Positions 1 to 10,180 of a DNA stretch of 64,000 nucleotides are shown here, piece by piece (positions within the stretch are counted from its first letter, which is position 1; each line of letters begins with the position of its first letter). The notes under the pieces were generated by a model, which had not been told where the DNA came from, did no database searches, and worked only from the letters and a program-made list of their open reading frames with translations. This DNA comes from Veillonella parvula (GTDB lineage Bacteria; Bacillota; Negativicutes; Veillonellales; Veillonellaceae): assembly GCF_018378075.1 (NCBI RefSeq), contig NZ_JAGZYE010000001.1, positions 246,997 through 310,996 of the forward strand, read 5' to 3'. Position numbers and translations under genes: made by a program.

Positions 1-1
1 T

Positions 2-583
2 ATTGTATATGCTGTATTATCATATCTTATCGGATCAATTCCTAGTGGATTAATTATAGGTAAGCTTTTCTTTAATACAGACGTACGACAATATGGCTCT
101 AAAAATATTGGCGCTACTAATACATATCGAGTTATCGGACTTAAAGCAGCCTTACCTGTATTTTTATGTGATGCTTTAAAAGGGGCAGCAGGAGTTGTGC
201 TACTCTCACCTTATGGGCCTATGTTTATGATCTTAGGTGGTATTCTTGGGATGATGGGACATAACTGGTCTGTTTTCCTGGGGTTTAAGGGTGGTCGTGG
301 TGTTGCCACGGGTTTAGGTGTTCTTGTTGCACTTTCTCCAATAGTAGCATTGATTTGCTTTTTGGTATGGGGTGTTATCGTATACTTCACTAAACTTGTA
401 TCTTTAGGCTCTATCATTGCCGCTGCATTAGTACCAGTACTGATGTATTTTACTGGAGAATCCTTCTGGTTTGTTGGCTTTGGCGGGTTAGCAGCTTTGT
501 TTGTCATTGTACGTCACTGGGATAATATTAAGCGTCTACTTGCTGGAAACGAGTTAAAAGTAGAGCGTATTAAAAAGGATTAA
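2..583 (+). CDS. plsY: Glycerol-3-phosphate acyltransferase PlsY (5'-partial, continues upstream of window)
   Basis: Frame from nt 2 reads IVYAVLSYLIGSIPSGLIIGKLFFNTDVRQYGSKNIGATNTYRV... (PlsY N-terminus with the GATN signature); multi-TM; immediately followed by gpsA as in many Firmicutes. Confidence 0.9.
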   Translation: MVYAVLSYLIGSIPSGLIIGKLFFNTDVRQYGSKNIGATNTYRVIGLKAALPVFLCDALKGAAGVVLLSPYGPMFMILGGILGMMGHNWSVFLGFKGGRGVATGLGVLVALSPIVALICFLVWGVIVYFTKLVSLGSIIAAALVPVLMYFTGESFWFVGFGGLAALFVIVRHWDNIKRLLAGNELKVERIKKD

Positions 584-586
584 AGA

Positions 587-1585
587 ATGAATGTTGTTGT
601 TATCGGCTCTGGTAGTTGGGGGACGGCCCTTGCTATTAAATCCGTTTTAGCTAGAAATACTACAACTATATATTGTCGTCGTCCAGAATTTGCGGATAAA
701 CTTGCAAAAGACTTAGAGAATAAAGACTATTTACCAGGTGTAAAACTTCCAGAAGAATTACAATATAGTTCTGATTTAGAGGCTTGTATTAGTAATGCTG
801 AAGTGGTATTAATGGTTACTCCTTCTGTACATGTACGTACCAGTTTAGAGGCTATTAAACCGTATGCTCATAAAAATCAAGCCTATATTCTATGTTCAAA
901 AGGTGTAGAACGAAGCAGTGGGAAACTTTTGACGACTGTGATGAAAGAGGTTTTTGCTACCATAGGGTGTAATTTAGCGGTTTTGTCTGGACCTAATCAT
1001 GCAGAAGAGATTGGGCGTAATTTGCCTGCTGCCTCTGTGTTGAGTACAGAGAATCTAGAAGTGGCTACAACATTGCAAAAGGCATTATGTAGTCAAAACT
1101 TTAGAATTTATGCAAATACTGATATGATTGGTGTTGAACTAGCAGGAGCCACGAAAAACATCATTGCCCTTGCAGCGGGTATTGCAGATGGTTTAGCTTT
1201 AGGGGATAATTGTAAGGCTTTACTATTAACACGTGGTCTTCATGAGATGACTCGCTTTGGGGTGGCCTTAGGGGCCCAAAAAGAAACTTATGCTGGTCTT
1301 GCTGGTATGGGGGATTTGATTGCTACTTGTATGAGCCCACATGGTCGTAATCGTGCGGCTGGTCAAAAACTAGCCGAGGGTAAGACGATGGATTTTATTG
1401 TTAATCATACTAATATGGTTGTAGAAGGATTTTTCGCAACAGAAATTATTTATAAAATGGCTTGTAAACATCAAATTGAAATGCCTATAACAAAGGCTTT
1501 ATATGAGGTTTTATATGAAAAAAAATCTCCATCCATAGCATTAGCTGAGTTGATGGGGCGTGATATTAAAATTGAAGTATCATAA
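587..1585 (+). CDS. gpsA: NAD(P)H-dependent glycerol-3-phosphate dehydrogenase
   Basis: MNVVVIGSGSWGTALA Rossmann N-terminus, 332 aa, conserved GpsA core; RBS-like AAAGGAT upstream. Confidence 0.95.
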   Translation: MNVVVIGSGSWGTALAIKSVLARNTTTIYCRRPEFADKLAKDLENKDYLPGVKLPEELQYSSDLEACISNAEVVLMVTPSVHVRTSLEAIKPYAHKNQAYILCSKGVERSSGKLLTTVMKEVFATIGCNLAVLSGPNHAEEIGRNLPAASVLSTENLEVATTLQKALCSQNFRIYANTDMIGVELAGATKNIIALAAGIADGLALGDNCKALLLTRGLHEMTRFGVALGAQKETYAGLAGMGDLIATCMSPHGRNRAAGQKLAEGKTMDFIVNHTNMVVEGFFATEIIYKMACKHQIEMPITKALYEVLYEKKSPSIALAELMGRDIKIEVS

Positions 1586-1652
1586 ATAAAAGATACTTTT
1601 AATTTGGTTATTTATATACTATAATTAATGAGTATAATCTTGTGAGGGTTGT

Positions 1653-2204
1653 ATGCGAATTATTGGCGGAACTGCTAAGGGACATGTCATAAAAGCACCT
1701 AAAGGGTTAGATACTAGACCTACACTTGATCGTGTTCGTGAAAGTGTATTTAATGTATTAGCAAATAGAGGTATATTTGGTTCTGATGTACTAGATATAT
1801 TTTCTGGCACTGGTGCAGTAGCAATTGAAGCCTTAAGTCGTGGTGCAGCACATGCAGTAGCAGTGGACTTTAAAACGGGAAAACTAATTTTAGAGAATGC
1901 TAAACATTGTCGTGTGGATGATCGGTTAGAAATTATTCCGAGGAAACTTTCACAATTAAAAAATTATATGGTAGGGCGACAGTTCGATTATATATTTTCT
2001 GACCCGCCATATGAAAATGGATTTATACAAGATACCATAGATTTGGTTGTAAACTATGATTTGTTAAAACCTGAAGGTGTTTTATTATTAGAACATCATA
2101 AGGATGAGGTTTTTACCTTACCAGAATTATGGGAATGTATAAAAGAACAGAAATTTGGTTATACGGTAGTTTCCTATTTTGTAAAGACAGCCGAAAGGAG
2201 CTAA
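1653..2204 (+). CDS. rsmD: 16S rRNA (guanine966-N2)-methyltransferase RsmD
   Basis: 183 aa, DxFxGTGAVAIEALSRGA SAM motif and DPPY motif; precedes coaD as in the B. subtilis ylbH-ylbI pair. Confidence 0.85.
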   Translation: MRIIGGTAKGHVIKAPKGLDTRPTLDRVRESVFNVLANRGIFGSDVLDIFSGTGAVAIEALSRGAAHAVAVDFKTGKLILENAKHCRVDDRLEIIPRKLSQLKNYMVGRQFDYIFSDPPYENGFIQDTIDLVVNYDLLKPEGVLLLEHHKDEVFTLPELWECIKEQKFGYTVVSYFVKTAERS

Positions 2205-2208
2205 ACCT

Positions 2209-2700
2209 GTGCGTATAGGTGTATGTCCGGGTAGTTTTGACCCAGTTACTAATGGACATGTTGATATTTTTGAACGGGGCAGCCGATTGGTTGATAAATT
2301 AATCATTGCTGTCAGCTCAAATCCGAATAAAAATTCCTTATTTTCTATGGAAGAACGGGTTGAGATGATTCGAAATTCTGTCAAACATATTCCTAATGTT
2401 GAAATTGATTGTACAGGTGGCTTGCTCAATGAGTATGTTAAATCCAAGAATGCTACTATTATTATTCGAGGATTACGTGCATTGAGCGACTTTGAATATG
2501 AATTTCAGCGCGCATTATTTGCAAAATATTTGGATGATGACATTGAAACAGTATTTATTATGACAAATAACAAATACTCTTTTGTCAGCTCCACGGGTAT
2601 TCGTGAACTAGCTAAATTTGGTGGTAAGCTAGATGGTCTTGTTCCGGATGATGTTAAGGAAAAACTTGAAGAACGCTTTAATACGGTCCATAATAAATAG
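2209..2700 (+). CDS. coaD: Phosphopantetheine adenylyltransferase (GTG start)
   Basis: RIGVCPGSFDPVTNGHVDI signature, 163 aa. Confidence 0.95.
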   Translation: MRIGVCPGSFDPVTNGHVDIFERGSRLVDKLIIAVSSNPNKNSLFSMEERVEMIRNSVKHIPNVEIDCTGGLLNEYVKSKNATIIIRGLRALSDFEYEFQRALFAKYLDDDIETVFIMTNNKYSFVSSTGIRELAKFGGKLDGLVPDDVKEKLEERFNTVHNK

Positions 2701-2711
2701 GGGTGAATTGT

Positions 2712-3179
2712 ATGAAAACAGAAAAATTATTAGAAGATTTAGAGGTTCTTATTGAATCTAGCAGCCGTATTCCTATGACTACAAAACGTATGGTTGAGGA
2801 AGACGAAATTATGCGTATTATTGATTCTATTCAGGAATCCTTACCTTTGGAACTTGAAGAATCTCGTCGTATTGTAGCAGATAAAGATAAAGTGTTAGCT
2901 GATGCTCAACGTCAGGCTGAAACTTTGATCGATCAAGCTAAAGACTACATTGCTAAATTGACAGCTGAAAGTGAACTTGTAAAACAAGCTCAAGAACAAG
3001 CTAATCAAATTATTAATGCAGCAAATCAATCCTCTGATGAGCTGAAAGCTAGCTCTATTCAATATGCTGGTGATGTTCTTAAATATGTTGAAAACAACTT
3101 GGAGAAAACATTGGAAAGCTTGCGTCAAAATCGTGAAAGTTTGAAACAAACTGAACAACGTACAGAAGAAAACCAATAG
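2712..3179 (+). CDS. Hypothetical coiled-coil protein (Q/E/A-rich, no recognised catalytic motif)
   Basis: ORF with ATG at 2712 after GGGGTGA; the sequence is dominated by heptad-like runs rich in E, Q and K; terminator follows at 3190-3223. Confidence 0.5.
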   Translation: MKTEKLLEDLEVLIESSSRIPMTTKRMVEEDEIMRIIDSIQESLPLELEESRRIVADKDKVLADAQRQAETLIDQAKDYIAKLTAESELVKQAQEQANQIINAANQSSDELKASSIQYAGDVLKYVENNLEKTLESLRQNRESLKQTEQRTEENQ

Positions 3180-3189
3180 TTTAAACAAA

Positions 3190-3223
3190 GGCTAGATATC
3201 ATATTATATCTAGCCTCTTTTTA
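3190..3223 (+). terminator. Rho-independent terminator (GGCTAGATAT/ATATCTAGCC stem plus TCTTTTTA)
   Basis: 10-bp perfect inverted repeat followed by a T-run, directly after the 2712-3179 ORF. Confidence 0.7.
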
Positions 3224-3316
3224 TATTTTAATTCCATAGAAAACTTAAGATAAGTAATATCAAATTTCAGATCAATATGTAAAAAATAATGTGAGCAAAA
3301 TAATAAGCCAAAAATA

Positions 3317-3341
3317 AAAGCGAAGGGATACCTTCGCTTTT
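3317..3341 (-). terminator. Terminator hairpin downstream of rqcH (AAAAGCGAAGG/CCTTCGCTTTT), potentially bidirectional
   Basis: Perfect stem flanked by A-run on one side and T-run on the other, 2 nt from the rqcH stop. Confidence 0.7.
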
Positions 3342-3342
3342 A

Positions 3343-5058
3343 TCATTCTCTATAGTTTTCTGGTTTTTTAGGCTCCACAATCATAGTTTGATGGGTATTA
3401 AAAATAACAAATCCCAAAGGAGATCCAGGTGGCTTTTTGATATTTTTAATGTATGTATAATCTACCGGGACCTTACTAGTATCACGAGCTTTACTAAAGT
3501 AGGCTGCATATTGTGCTACTTTAGATAAAATCATATCGTCTGGCTCAATATTGAGTCTCAAAATAAGGTGGGAACCTTGGATATCTTGTGTATGGAACCA
3601 AATGTCAGTTGGCTTTGCAAATCGGTGTGTTAAATATTCGTTTTGCTGATTGTTACGACCGATGAATATTTCACCTTCATCAATTGTTAAGTGAATGTAG
3701 TTAGATTTACCTAGTTTGTAAGATAATGGTTTTTTTGATTTTTTTATAATGCCTGCATCCATACATTCTTTGCGTATTTCTTCTAAGCTTTCACGAGTAG
3801 TGGCTAAGGAGATACTGTATAGAATAGATTGTAAGTATGCTAGTTTTGTGGTACTTGCATTGAGTTGGTACTCGCCGCTAACCATACGATTTTTTAGTTT
3901 TGTATAAAGCTTATAGTACCATTGTGCATTTTCCACAATTGTTAAGTTTGGCTTTAAAGGAATAGTTAAGATTTCATTTTCTTCGGAAAGAAGATTTTGC
4001 AATTCAATAGACGGTTCGTATTGCACTTGAAGGTGTGCATTTATCATTAAAAGATCACCATATAATTTATAGGTTTCCATTTTCTTAGTATCTTCTAATT
4101 CATCTTTAATCTTTTGATGGCGACCTTCTTCCTTTTTGATGGCTGCTATTAAGATTTTTTCTAACTCTTTATCAGCTGTATGAATTGCTTTTGTGTTATG
4201 AATGGATTCTTCTAAGGCTTCAGAAATAGTGTTGTATTCTTTTAATACCTTATAGTTATGTAATAAAATGCTTGCGTAAGCCTTTTTATTGTTATCGTTG
4301 ATTAAAGTAAATAAACCATTGCTATTTTCAAGCTTTTCTTTGAGGTGATACAAAGATTTAGTAAACATATCTAATTGGAAAGTATCTAAATCTGTTATGA
4401 TTTCTTCACCATTCAGCTTGGAAATATATAAAACTTCATCCAATAAAGGCTTGCCAAAGCCGTTAAAGATAGATCGAATAGATTGCTGTACGGAACCATT
4501 ACCAAAAGAGGTGAGTAGATTTTTGATTTCATCACAATCAAAGTCCATTAAGCTTACGCGATTAGCATTTGGCGGTAGTTCATATCGTAATTTAGGACTA
4601 ATAGAACGTTCACGGTTCATAAGTGGAGAGACGTGAATTAAAGATTCTAAAATAACATCGTCTTGTACAAAAATACAGTTGGAATATTTGCCCATTAATT
4701 CAACATAAATGTAGGTACTCGTAATGGAACCATCCATTTCCAATTTATCCGTTTGGATGCACATGATTCGGTCGCCATTGATTTGTTCCACCTTTACAAT
4801 GCGGCTACCTTCAATATGCTTTCGTAAGAACATACAAAGTGAGCTTGGTTCTTTTGGTAAATCTTGCAGTGGTTGACTAAGATACATTGCTGGTGTAGCA
4901 CCTACGGTAATGATCAAGTTTTGGTCTTCGTTGAGTGCTCGAATTTTAAATAATAATGTAGTTTTATCTATTTGATATAGTTTTTGTATTTGACCTGTTT
5001 GTAATCGCTCGTTTATTTCTTTAGCGAGTACAGACATGGTAAGTCCGTCTAAATTCAT
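3343..5058 (-). CDS. rqcH: Rqc2 homolog RqcH / fibronectin-binding protein A family (NFACT)
   Basis: 571 aa; NFACT-N, long coiled coil, and C-terminal ...GSHLILR...PLGFVIF... region typical of FbpA/RqcH; AAGGAG RBS on the - strand. Confidence 0.8.
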   Translation of the reverse strand: MNLDGLTMSVLAKEINERLQTGQIQKLYQIDKTTLLFKIRALNEDQNLIITVGATPAMYLSQPLQDLPKEPSSLCMFLRKHIEGSRIVKVEQINGDRIMCIQTDKLEMDGSITSTYIYVELMGKYSNCIFVQDDVILESLIHVSPLMNRERSISPKLRYELPPNANRVSLMDFDCDEIKNLLTSFGNGSVQQSIRSIFNGFGKPLLDEVLYISKLNGEEIITDLDTFQLDMFTKSLYHLKEKLENSNGLFTLINDNNKKAYASILLHNYKVLKEYNTISEALEESIHNTKAIHTADKELEKILIAAIKKEEGRHQKIKDELEDTKKMETYKLYGDLLMINAHLQVQYEPSIELQNLLSEENEILTIPLKPNLTIVENAQWYYKLYTKLKNRMVSGEYQLNASTTKLAYLQSILYSISLATTRESLEEIRKECMDAGIIKKSKKPLSYKLGKSNYIHLTIDEGEIFIGRNNQQNEYLTHRFAKPTDIWFHTQDIQGSHLILRLNIEPDDMILSKVAQYAAYFSKARDTSKVPVDYTYIKNIKKPPGSPLGFVIFNTHQTMIVEPKKPENYRE

Positions 5059-5185
5059 AGTACTCCTTTCAAATATATTTAGAAGTATAGTTTAGTATAC
5101 CATAGTGTACATATAATTCTTAGTATTTAAACACGGATTGTGTAATTCGTGGTACAATAATAAAAACTACTAAGGAGGATGACTT

Positions 5186-6067
5186 ATGAAAAGTATGACC
5201 GGTTTTGGTTCGGGCACAGCAACCAAAGATGGTATTACCTGTACTGTAGAAATTAAGTCCGTAAATGCACGCTTCTTGGATTTATTTATTCGTAGTCCAA
5301 AACAAATGAATCCTTTTGAAAGTATTATTCGTAGAATGATACAAGATCGTATTACTCGTGGTAAGGTTGAGGTATCTGTTTCTATTCAAGATGCAGGAGA
5401 GCGACCTAAAACTTTCACCATTAATAGTGTATTGAGAAAACAAATACAAGAGTTATTGGTACAAGAGGAGTTCTATGATGACCCCAAAAAAGTACCATTA
5501 CAAGCTGTGAATTCGATTTCTAACGAATGGATTCAACAACAAGATACACCAATTGCTGAAGAGGTACTTTCAGATATTGTAAAAGAAGCAACTACTCAAG
5601 CATTAGATGCTTTAATAGCAATGCGAACTGCGGAAGGTCAACATATCAATCAGGATTTATTAGAACGTATCGGAACACTTGAATATATAATTACTAAAAT
5701 AGACACTAATAAAGCTGGTGCTGTAGAAGCATATCGGGAGCATATAAAAACTAAGATTCAGGAATATTTAATTTCTTTAGAAGCGAGTATTAGTGAAGAT
5801 CGTTTTATACAAGAAATTGCTCTATTAGCTGATAAGACGGATATTACGGAAGAGATTGTCCGATTTACCTCTCATGTGGTACAATTAAAAAATACACTTG
5901 CAGATACAAATTCAATCGGTCGTAAGATTGATTTTATTTTGCAAGAAATGAATCGTGAGGTAAATACAATCGGCTCCAAAGCAATGGATTCGATTATTAC
6001 TGAGTTTGTGGTTCAACTTAAATGTGAGTTAGAGAAAATTAGAGAACAAGTACAGAATGTAGAGTAA
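5186..6067 (+). CDS. yicC: YicC/YloC family stress-induced protein (endoribonuclease YicC family)
   Basis: MKSMTGFGSG...VEIKSVNARFLD N-terminus and C-terminal DUF1732-like ...EMNREVNTIGSKA; synteny with remA-gmk. Confidence 0.85.
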   Translation: MKSMTGFGSGTATKDGITCTVEIKSVNARFLDLFIRSPKQMNPFESIIRRMIQDRITRGKVEVSVSIQDAGERPKTFTINSVLRKQIQELLVQEEFYDDPKKVPLQAVNSISNEWIQQQDTPIAEEVLSDIVKEATTQALDALIAMRTAEGQHINQDLLERIGTLEYIITKIDTNKAGAVEAYREHIKTKIQEYLISLEASISEDRFIQEIALLADKTDITEEIVRFTSHVVQLKNTLADTNSIGRKIDFILQEMNREVNTIGSKAMDSIITEFVVQLKCELEKIREQVQNVE

Positions 6068-6081
6068 TAGGAGGTCTATGA

Positions 6082-6351
6082 ATGAGTATTCAATTACTGA
6101 ATATAGGCTTTGGTAATATGGTATCTGCTAACCGTGTTATGGCTATTATTAGTCCTGAATCCGCCCCTATAAAGCGGATGGTTCAAGATGCTAGAGATAA
6201 GGGATTGCTCATTGATGCCACATATGGTCGTAAGACACGTGCTGTATTAGTTATGGATAGTGGTCAAATTGTATTATCTGCAATTCAACCTGAAACCGTA
6301 GCACATCGACTTGTGCAACATGATGTGGATGTAGATACAGTGGAATCATAG
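6082..6351 (+). CDS. remA: RemA/YlzA (DUF370) family regulator
   Basis: 89 aa; [49 protein letters not shown] closely matches B. subtilis RemA. Confidence 0.9.
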   Translation: MSIQLLNIGFGNMVSANRVMAIISPESAPIKRMVQDARDKGLLIDATYGRKTRAVLVMDSGQIVLSAIQPETVAHRLVQHDVDVDTVES

Positions 6352-6359
6352 GAGTGCAT

Positions 6360-6989
6360 ATGTCAGACAGAGGATTATTAATCGTTATATCCGGGCCATC
6401 TGGCGCAGGTAAAGGTACGATTTGTGCGAATATTCGTAAAGAAATGCCTAATTTAGTTTATTCCGTTTCTATGACAACCCGTGCTCCACGTGTGGGTGAA
6501 AGGGAAGGAATTAACTATTTCTTCCGCTCTAAAGAGGAATTTGAGTCTTTGCTTAGTGAAGACGCATTCTTAGAATATGCTAAGGTATATGATAATTACT
6601 ATGGTACTCCAAAACAGCATGTAATGGATTTATTAGATGATGGGAAAAGTGTACTATTAGAAATCGATATTCAAGGCGCTATGCAGGTTAAGGAACGTTT
6701 TAGCGATGCTGTATTTATTTACATTGTACCGCCGTCACTATCGGAGTTATCTGAACGTTTACATAATCGTGGCACAGATGCTAAAGAAGTCATTGATAAA
6801 CGATTGTCATTGGCTTGTTCAGAATTAGCCTTAGCTCATCGTTATGACTATATCGTCGTAAATGATGATTTAGCAGAGGCTTCTTTAAAGGTTGCCTCTA
6901 TCTTGCGAGCTGAGTCTTGTAAGATTAGTCGTAATAAAGAGCAAATTCAATATATTTATAAACAATATCAAGAGTCTAAGGAGAAGTGA
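6360..6989 (+). CDS. gmk: Guanylate kinase
   Basis: GLLIVISGPSGAGKGT P-loop and YYGTP motif; AGGAG RBS 5 nt upstream of ATG 6360. Confidence 0.95.
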   Translation: MSDRGLLIVISGPSGAGKGTICANIRKEMPNLVYSVSMTTRAPRVGEREGINYFFRSKEEFESLLSEDAFLEYAKVYDNYYGTPKQHVMDLLDDGKSVLLEIDIQGAMQVKERFSDAVFIYIVPPSLSELSERLHNRGTDAKEVIDKRLSLACSELALAHRYDYIVVNDDLAEASLKVASILRAESCKISRNKEQIQYIYKQYQESKEK

Positions 6990-6993
6990 TAGT

Positions 6994-7209
6994 ATGATGG
7001 TAAAACCTCCATTAAAAAAATTGGAAAGCCAAGTAGATAGCAAATATACATTGGTGACTTTAGCGGCTAAACGCGCTCGCGAATTAACAGATGGTGAACC
7101 TTGCTTAGCAGAATCTACACATGCGACTGACAAGCCTGTATCTTTGGCATTTTATGAAATTGCTGAAGGTGAAGTGACATATAAACGCACTAAAGAAGGC
7201 ATTAAATAA
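6994..7209 (+). CDS. rpoZ: DNA-directed RNA polymerase subunit omega
   Basis: 72-aa in-frame ATG start inside the longer track ORF; LESQVDSKYTLVTLAAKRAREL is the RpoZ signature. Confidence 0.9.
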   Translation: MMVKPPLKKLESQVDSKYTLVTLAAKRARELTDGEPCLAESTHATDKPVSLAFYEIAEGEVTYKRTKEGIK

Positions 7210-7215
7210 AAAATC

Positions 7216-7249
7216 AATTCCTTGTATCAATGATACAAGGAATTTTTAA
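7216..7249 (+). terminator. 28-nt perfect palindrome AATTCCTTGTATCA|TGATACAAGGAATT plus TTTTA between rpoZ and coaBC (terminator or attenuator)
   Basis: Perfect inverted repeat followed by a T-run; RBS and start of coaBC 13 nt downstream. Confidence 0.55.
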
Positions 7250-7261
7250 AAGGAGAAGAAC

Positions 7262-8467
7262 ATGCGCGGAAAACATATCATTGTCGCAGTATCTGCAGGT
7301 ATTGCAGCGTATAAGGCAATTGAAGTGGTAAGCAGACTTCGTAAAAAAGGGGCTGAAGTAAAGGTTGTAATGACACAAAATGCAACGCATATTGCGTCAC
7401 CTTTAACGTTTGGTGAAATTAGTGGACATCCTGTAGCTTTAGACATGTTTGAACAAGTTCATCAGTGGGATGTAGAACATATTGCACTGGCCACTTGGGC
7501 AGATGCATATGTAGTTGTGCCTGCAACAGCAAATGTGATCGGAAAAATTTATGCAGGCATTGCTGATGATATGTTAACTACAACAATTATGGCCACCACA
7601 GCACCTAAGTACCTTTGTCCTGCTATGAATACAGAAATGTATAATAATCTTATTACTCAACGCAATTTAGAAGGATTACGTTCTTTGGGCTACCATATTA
7701 TGGACCCTGCAGAAGGTTGGTTAGCTTGTGGCATCACTGGTGTAGGACGTTTACCGGAGCCCGAAGCAATTGTGGATTGGCTAGAAGCTAAAATGTGCAG
7801 CACCAATGAGCTTGAAGGTACTACTATACTTGTTACAGCTGGCGGAACACAGGAGAGTATTGATCCTGTTCGGTATATTGGAAATCGTTCTAGCGGTAAG
7901 ATGGGGTATGCCATTGCAGAACAGGCTGCACGCATGGGGGCTAAGGTGATATTAGTAAGTGCTCCCACATCCTTGCCTATACCAAATGGCGTAGACTTTA
8001 TTTCTGTAGATTCCGCGGTATCTATGCAGGAGGCTGTTGAAGCTCGTTATAATGATGTTAATGTAGTTATTATGGCTGCCGCTGTTTCTGACTTTAGAGT
8101 CCTTCATAAAGCAGAGCAAAAAATAAAAAAAATGGAGTCTATGACCATAGAACTTGTAAAAAATCCAGATATTCTACAAGGGTTGGGCTCTAAAAAAAGT
8201 CATCAAATTCTTGTTGGTTTTGCGGCAGAAACAGAACATGTAATCAAGTATGGTCATGATAAAGTGGCTAAAAAAAATCTAGATATGCTTGTAGCCAATG
8301 ATGTAAGCAAATCGAATGCAGGTTTTAATGTAGATACGAATGAAGGCTATTTTTTATATCCTGATAAAGAGCCTAAAGAAATGCCTAATATGAAAAAATC
8401 TGACCTTGCTCGACATATCCTTAGAGAAGTTATTGATTTAGTAGCAAACAGAGCTGATATAAATTAA
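7262..8467 (+). CDS. coaBC: Bifunctional phosphopantothenoylcysteine decarboxylase/phosphopantothenate-cysteine ligase
   Basis: 401 aa; N-terminal flavoprotein domain (HIIVAVSAGIAAYK) and C-terminal CoaB domain. Confidence 0.95.
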   Translation: MRGKHIIVAVSAGIAAYKAIEVVSRLRKKGAEVKVVMTQNATHIASPLTFGEISGHPVALDMFEQVHQWDVEHIALATWADAYVVVPATANVIGKIYAGIADDMLTTTIMATTAPKYLCPAMNTEMYNNLITQRNLEGLRSLGYHIMDPAEGWLACGITGVGRLPEPEAIVDWLEAKMCSTNELEGTTILVTAGGTQESIDPVRYIGNRSSGKMGYAIAEQAARMGAKVILVSAPTSLPIPNGVDFISVDSAVSMQEAVEARYNDVNVVIMAAAVSDFRVLHKAEQKIKKMESMTIELVKNPDILQGLGSKKSHQILVGFAAETEHVIKYGHDKVAKKNLDMLVANDVSKSNAGFNVDTNEGYFLYPDKEPKEMPNMKKSDLARHILREVIDLVANRADIN

Positions 8468-8508
8468 TTCTTGTGTGTGTTGTTTTAAAAAGGGTGTGTT
8501 TTTCTTAC

Positions 8509-10173
8509 ATGTTTGCTATACAAAAAGCATATTTAGACGGCTCATTAGGAAAAGGAAAATGGAGTAATAATATTATCGCCGGATTGGTCGTAGGGGTTGT
8601 GGCTCTGCCTTTAGCAATGGCCTTTGCTATTGCTAGTGGAGTTACACCGCAAGCGGGCATTTATACGGCAATCATTGCAGGTATATTTGTATCCTTGTTT
8701 GGTGGCTCCCCTGTTCAGATTGCGGGCCCTACAGGGGCATTTATCGTTCTATTGAGCAGTATCGTTGTCAATTATGGCTTTGAAGGTTTACAAATTGCGA
8801 CCATGATGGCAGGAGTTATTCTGGTTTTAATGAGTGTTGCAAAGTTAGGGACAGTCATTCGGTTTATACCCACACCTGTTATTATGGGTTTTACAGCGGG
8901 TATTGGTGTTACAATTTGGGTGGGGCAATGGCCATATTTCTTTGGATTTCCACCGTTGCCTTATATGGCTCATTTCCATGAAAAATTATGGGCTATGATT
9001 CAGTCCTTACCATACTCTGACTTACCTACATTGGGGATTGCGATCTTAAGCTTAAGTCTACTGTTAGTTTTACCTAGAATCCCATATATTAATAAAGTTC
9101 CAGCTCCCATTGTAGCTATGATTGTTGCTACGGTTATTCAAGCCATCTACCAATTTCCTACGGTTTTAACCATTGGTAGTGCATTTGGTGGCATACCTCA
9201 AGGTTTGCCAGAATTTTCTGTACCAAAATTGAGTTTTGATAAAATCTTATCCTTAATCGGGCCGGCTTTTACAATTGCCATGCTAGGCGCTATTGAATCC
9301 TTATTGTCTGCAGTTGTTGCTGATGGTATGAGTGGAACCAAGCATGAATCTAATACTGAATTATTTGGACAAGGATTAGCTAATATATTTGCGCCATTGT
9401 TTGGTGGAATTGCATCAACCGGTGCTATTGCGCGAACTGCCACAAATATTCGTCAAGGTGGTAATTCTCCGGTGGCAGGTATTGTTCATGCCATTACATT
9501 AGGTGCCATTCTTTTATTTTTAGCCCCATATGCAGTGTATATTCCGTTGGCATCTATGGCAGCCATATTATTTGTAGTAGCCTACAATATGAGTGATGTA
9601 CCACGTTTTATACGAATGCTTGTTCTCGCACCTCGTCCAGATCAAATAATATTATTGCTTACCTTTTTCCTGACTATTTTTACGGATTTAGTAGTAGCTG
9701 TAAATGTAGGTGTAGTACTTGCAGTGTTGCAGTTTATGCGTAAAATGGTTAATACAATTGATGTGCATGAAGCAAGTAGTGCCGAATTATCAGCTCAGAT
9801 TAGGCATGAGATTACAATCCATCCAGAAATAATGGTATACACTGTAGATGGCCCATTATTCTTTGGCGCTATAAGTGCATTTGATAGAGCGTTAAACTCT
9901 ATACATAAAGATCCTAAATATTTAATCATTCGTTTTGTAAAAGTACCATTTGTAGATTTAACGGGTTTACGTATTTTACGAGGTATTATTGAAGAACTTC
10001 AAAAAAGAGGCATAGAAGTTTTGCTTAGTGATGTGAGTTACGATATACGTAGAGAGATGTATAAATCTGATTTCTTGGATATTCTGGGCCGTCATCATAT
10101 GTATCGTCAGTTTGAAAGTGCCCTTCATAAGGCCGAACATGATTTAGCTTTAAAAGAGGCAAGAGAGGTATAA
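8509..10173 (+). CDS. SulP family inorganic anion transporter with C-terminal STAS domain
   Basis: About 10 TM helices, GxxxxPxG-type SulP motifs and a STAS-like C-terminus; start set at ATG 8509 (MFAIQKAYLDG). Confidence 0.8.
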   Translation: MFAIQKAYLDGSLGKGKWSNNIIAGLVVGVVALPLAMAFAIASGVTPQAGIYTAIIAGIFVSLFGGSPVQIAGPTGAFIVLLSSIVVNYGFEGLQIATMMAGVILVLMSVAKLGTVIRFIPTPVIMGFTAGIGVTIWVGQWPYFFGFPPLPYMAHFHEKLWAMIQSLPYSDLPTLGIAILSLSLLLVLPRIPYINKVPAPIVAMIVATVIQAIYQFPTVLTIGSAFGGIPQGLPEFSVPKLSFDKILSLIGPAFTIAMLGAIESLLSAVVADGMSGTKHESNTELFGQGLANIFAPLFGGIASTGAIARTATNIRQGGNSPVAGIVHAITLGAILLFLAPYAVYIPLASMAAILFVVAYNMSDVPRFIRMLVLAPRPDQIILLLTFFLTIFTDLVVAVNVGVVLAVLQFMRKMVNTIDVHEASSAELSAQIRHEITIHPEIMVYTVDGPLFFGAISAFDRALNSIHKDPKYLIIRFVKVPFVDLTGLRILRGIIEELQKRGIEVLLSDVSYDIRREMYKSDFLDILGRHHMYRQFESALHKAEHDLALKEAREV

Positions 10174-10180
10174 TAATGAC

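Noticed and set aside
211-507. 98-aa ORF on the - strand inside plsY
   Set aside because: Antisense shadow ORF entirely within a strongly supported plsY frame; Pro/Thr-rich low-complexity translation.
4397-4636. 79-aa ORF on the + strand opposite rqcH
   Set aside because: Within the rqcH coding region on the opposite strand; no RBS or motif.
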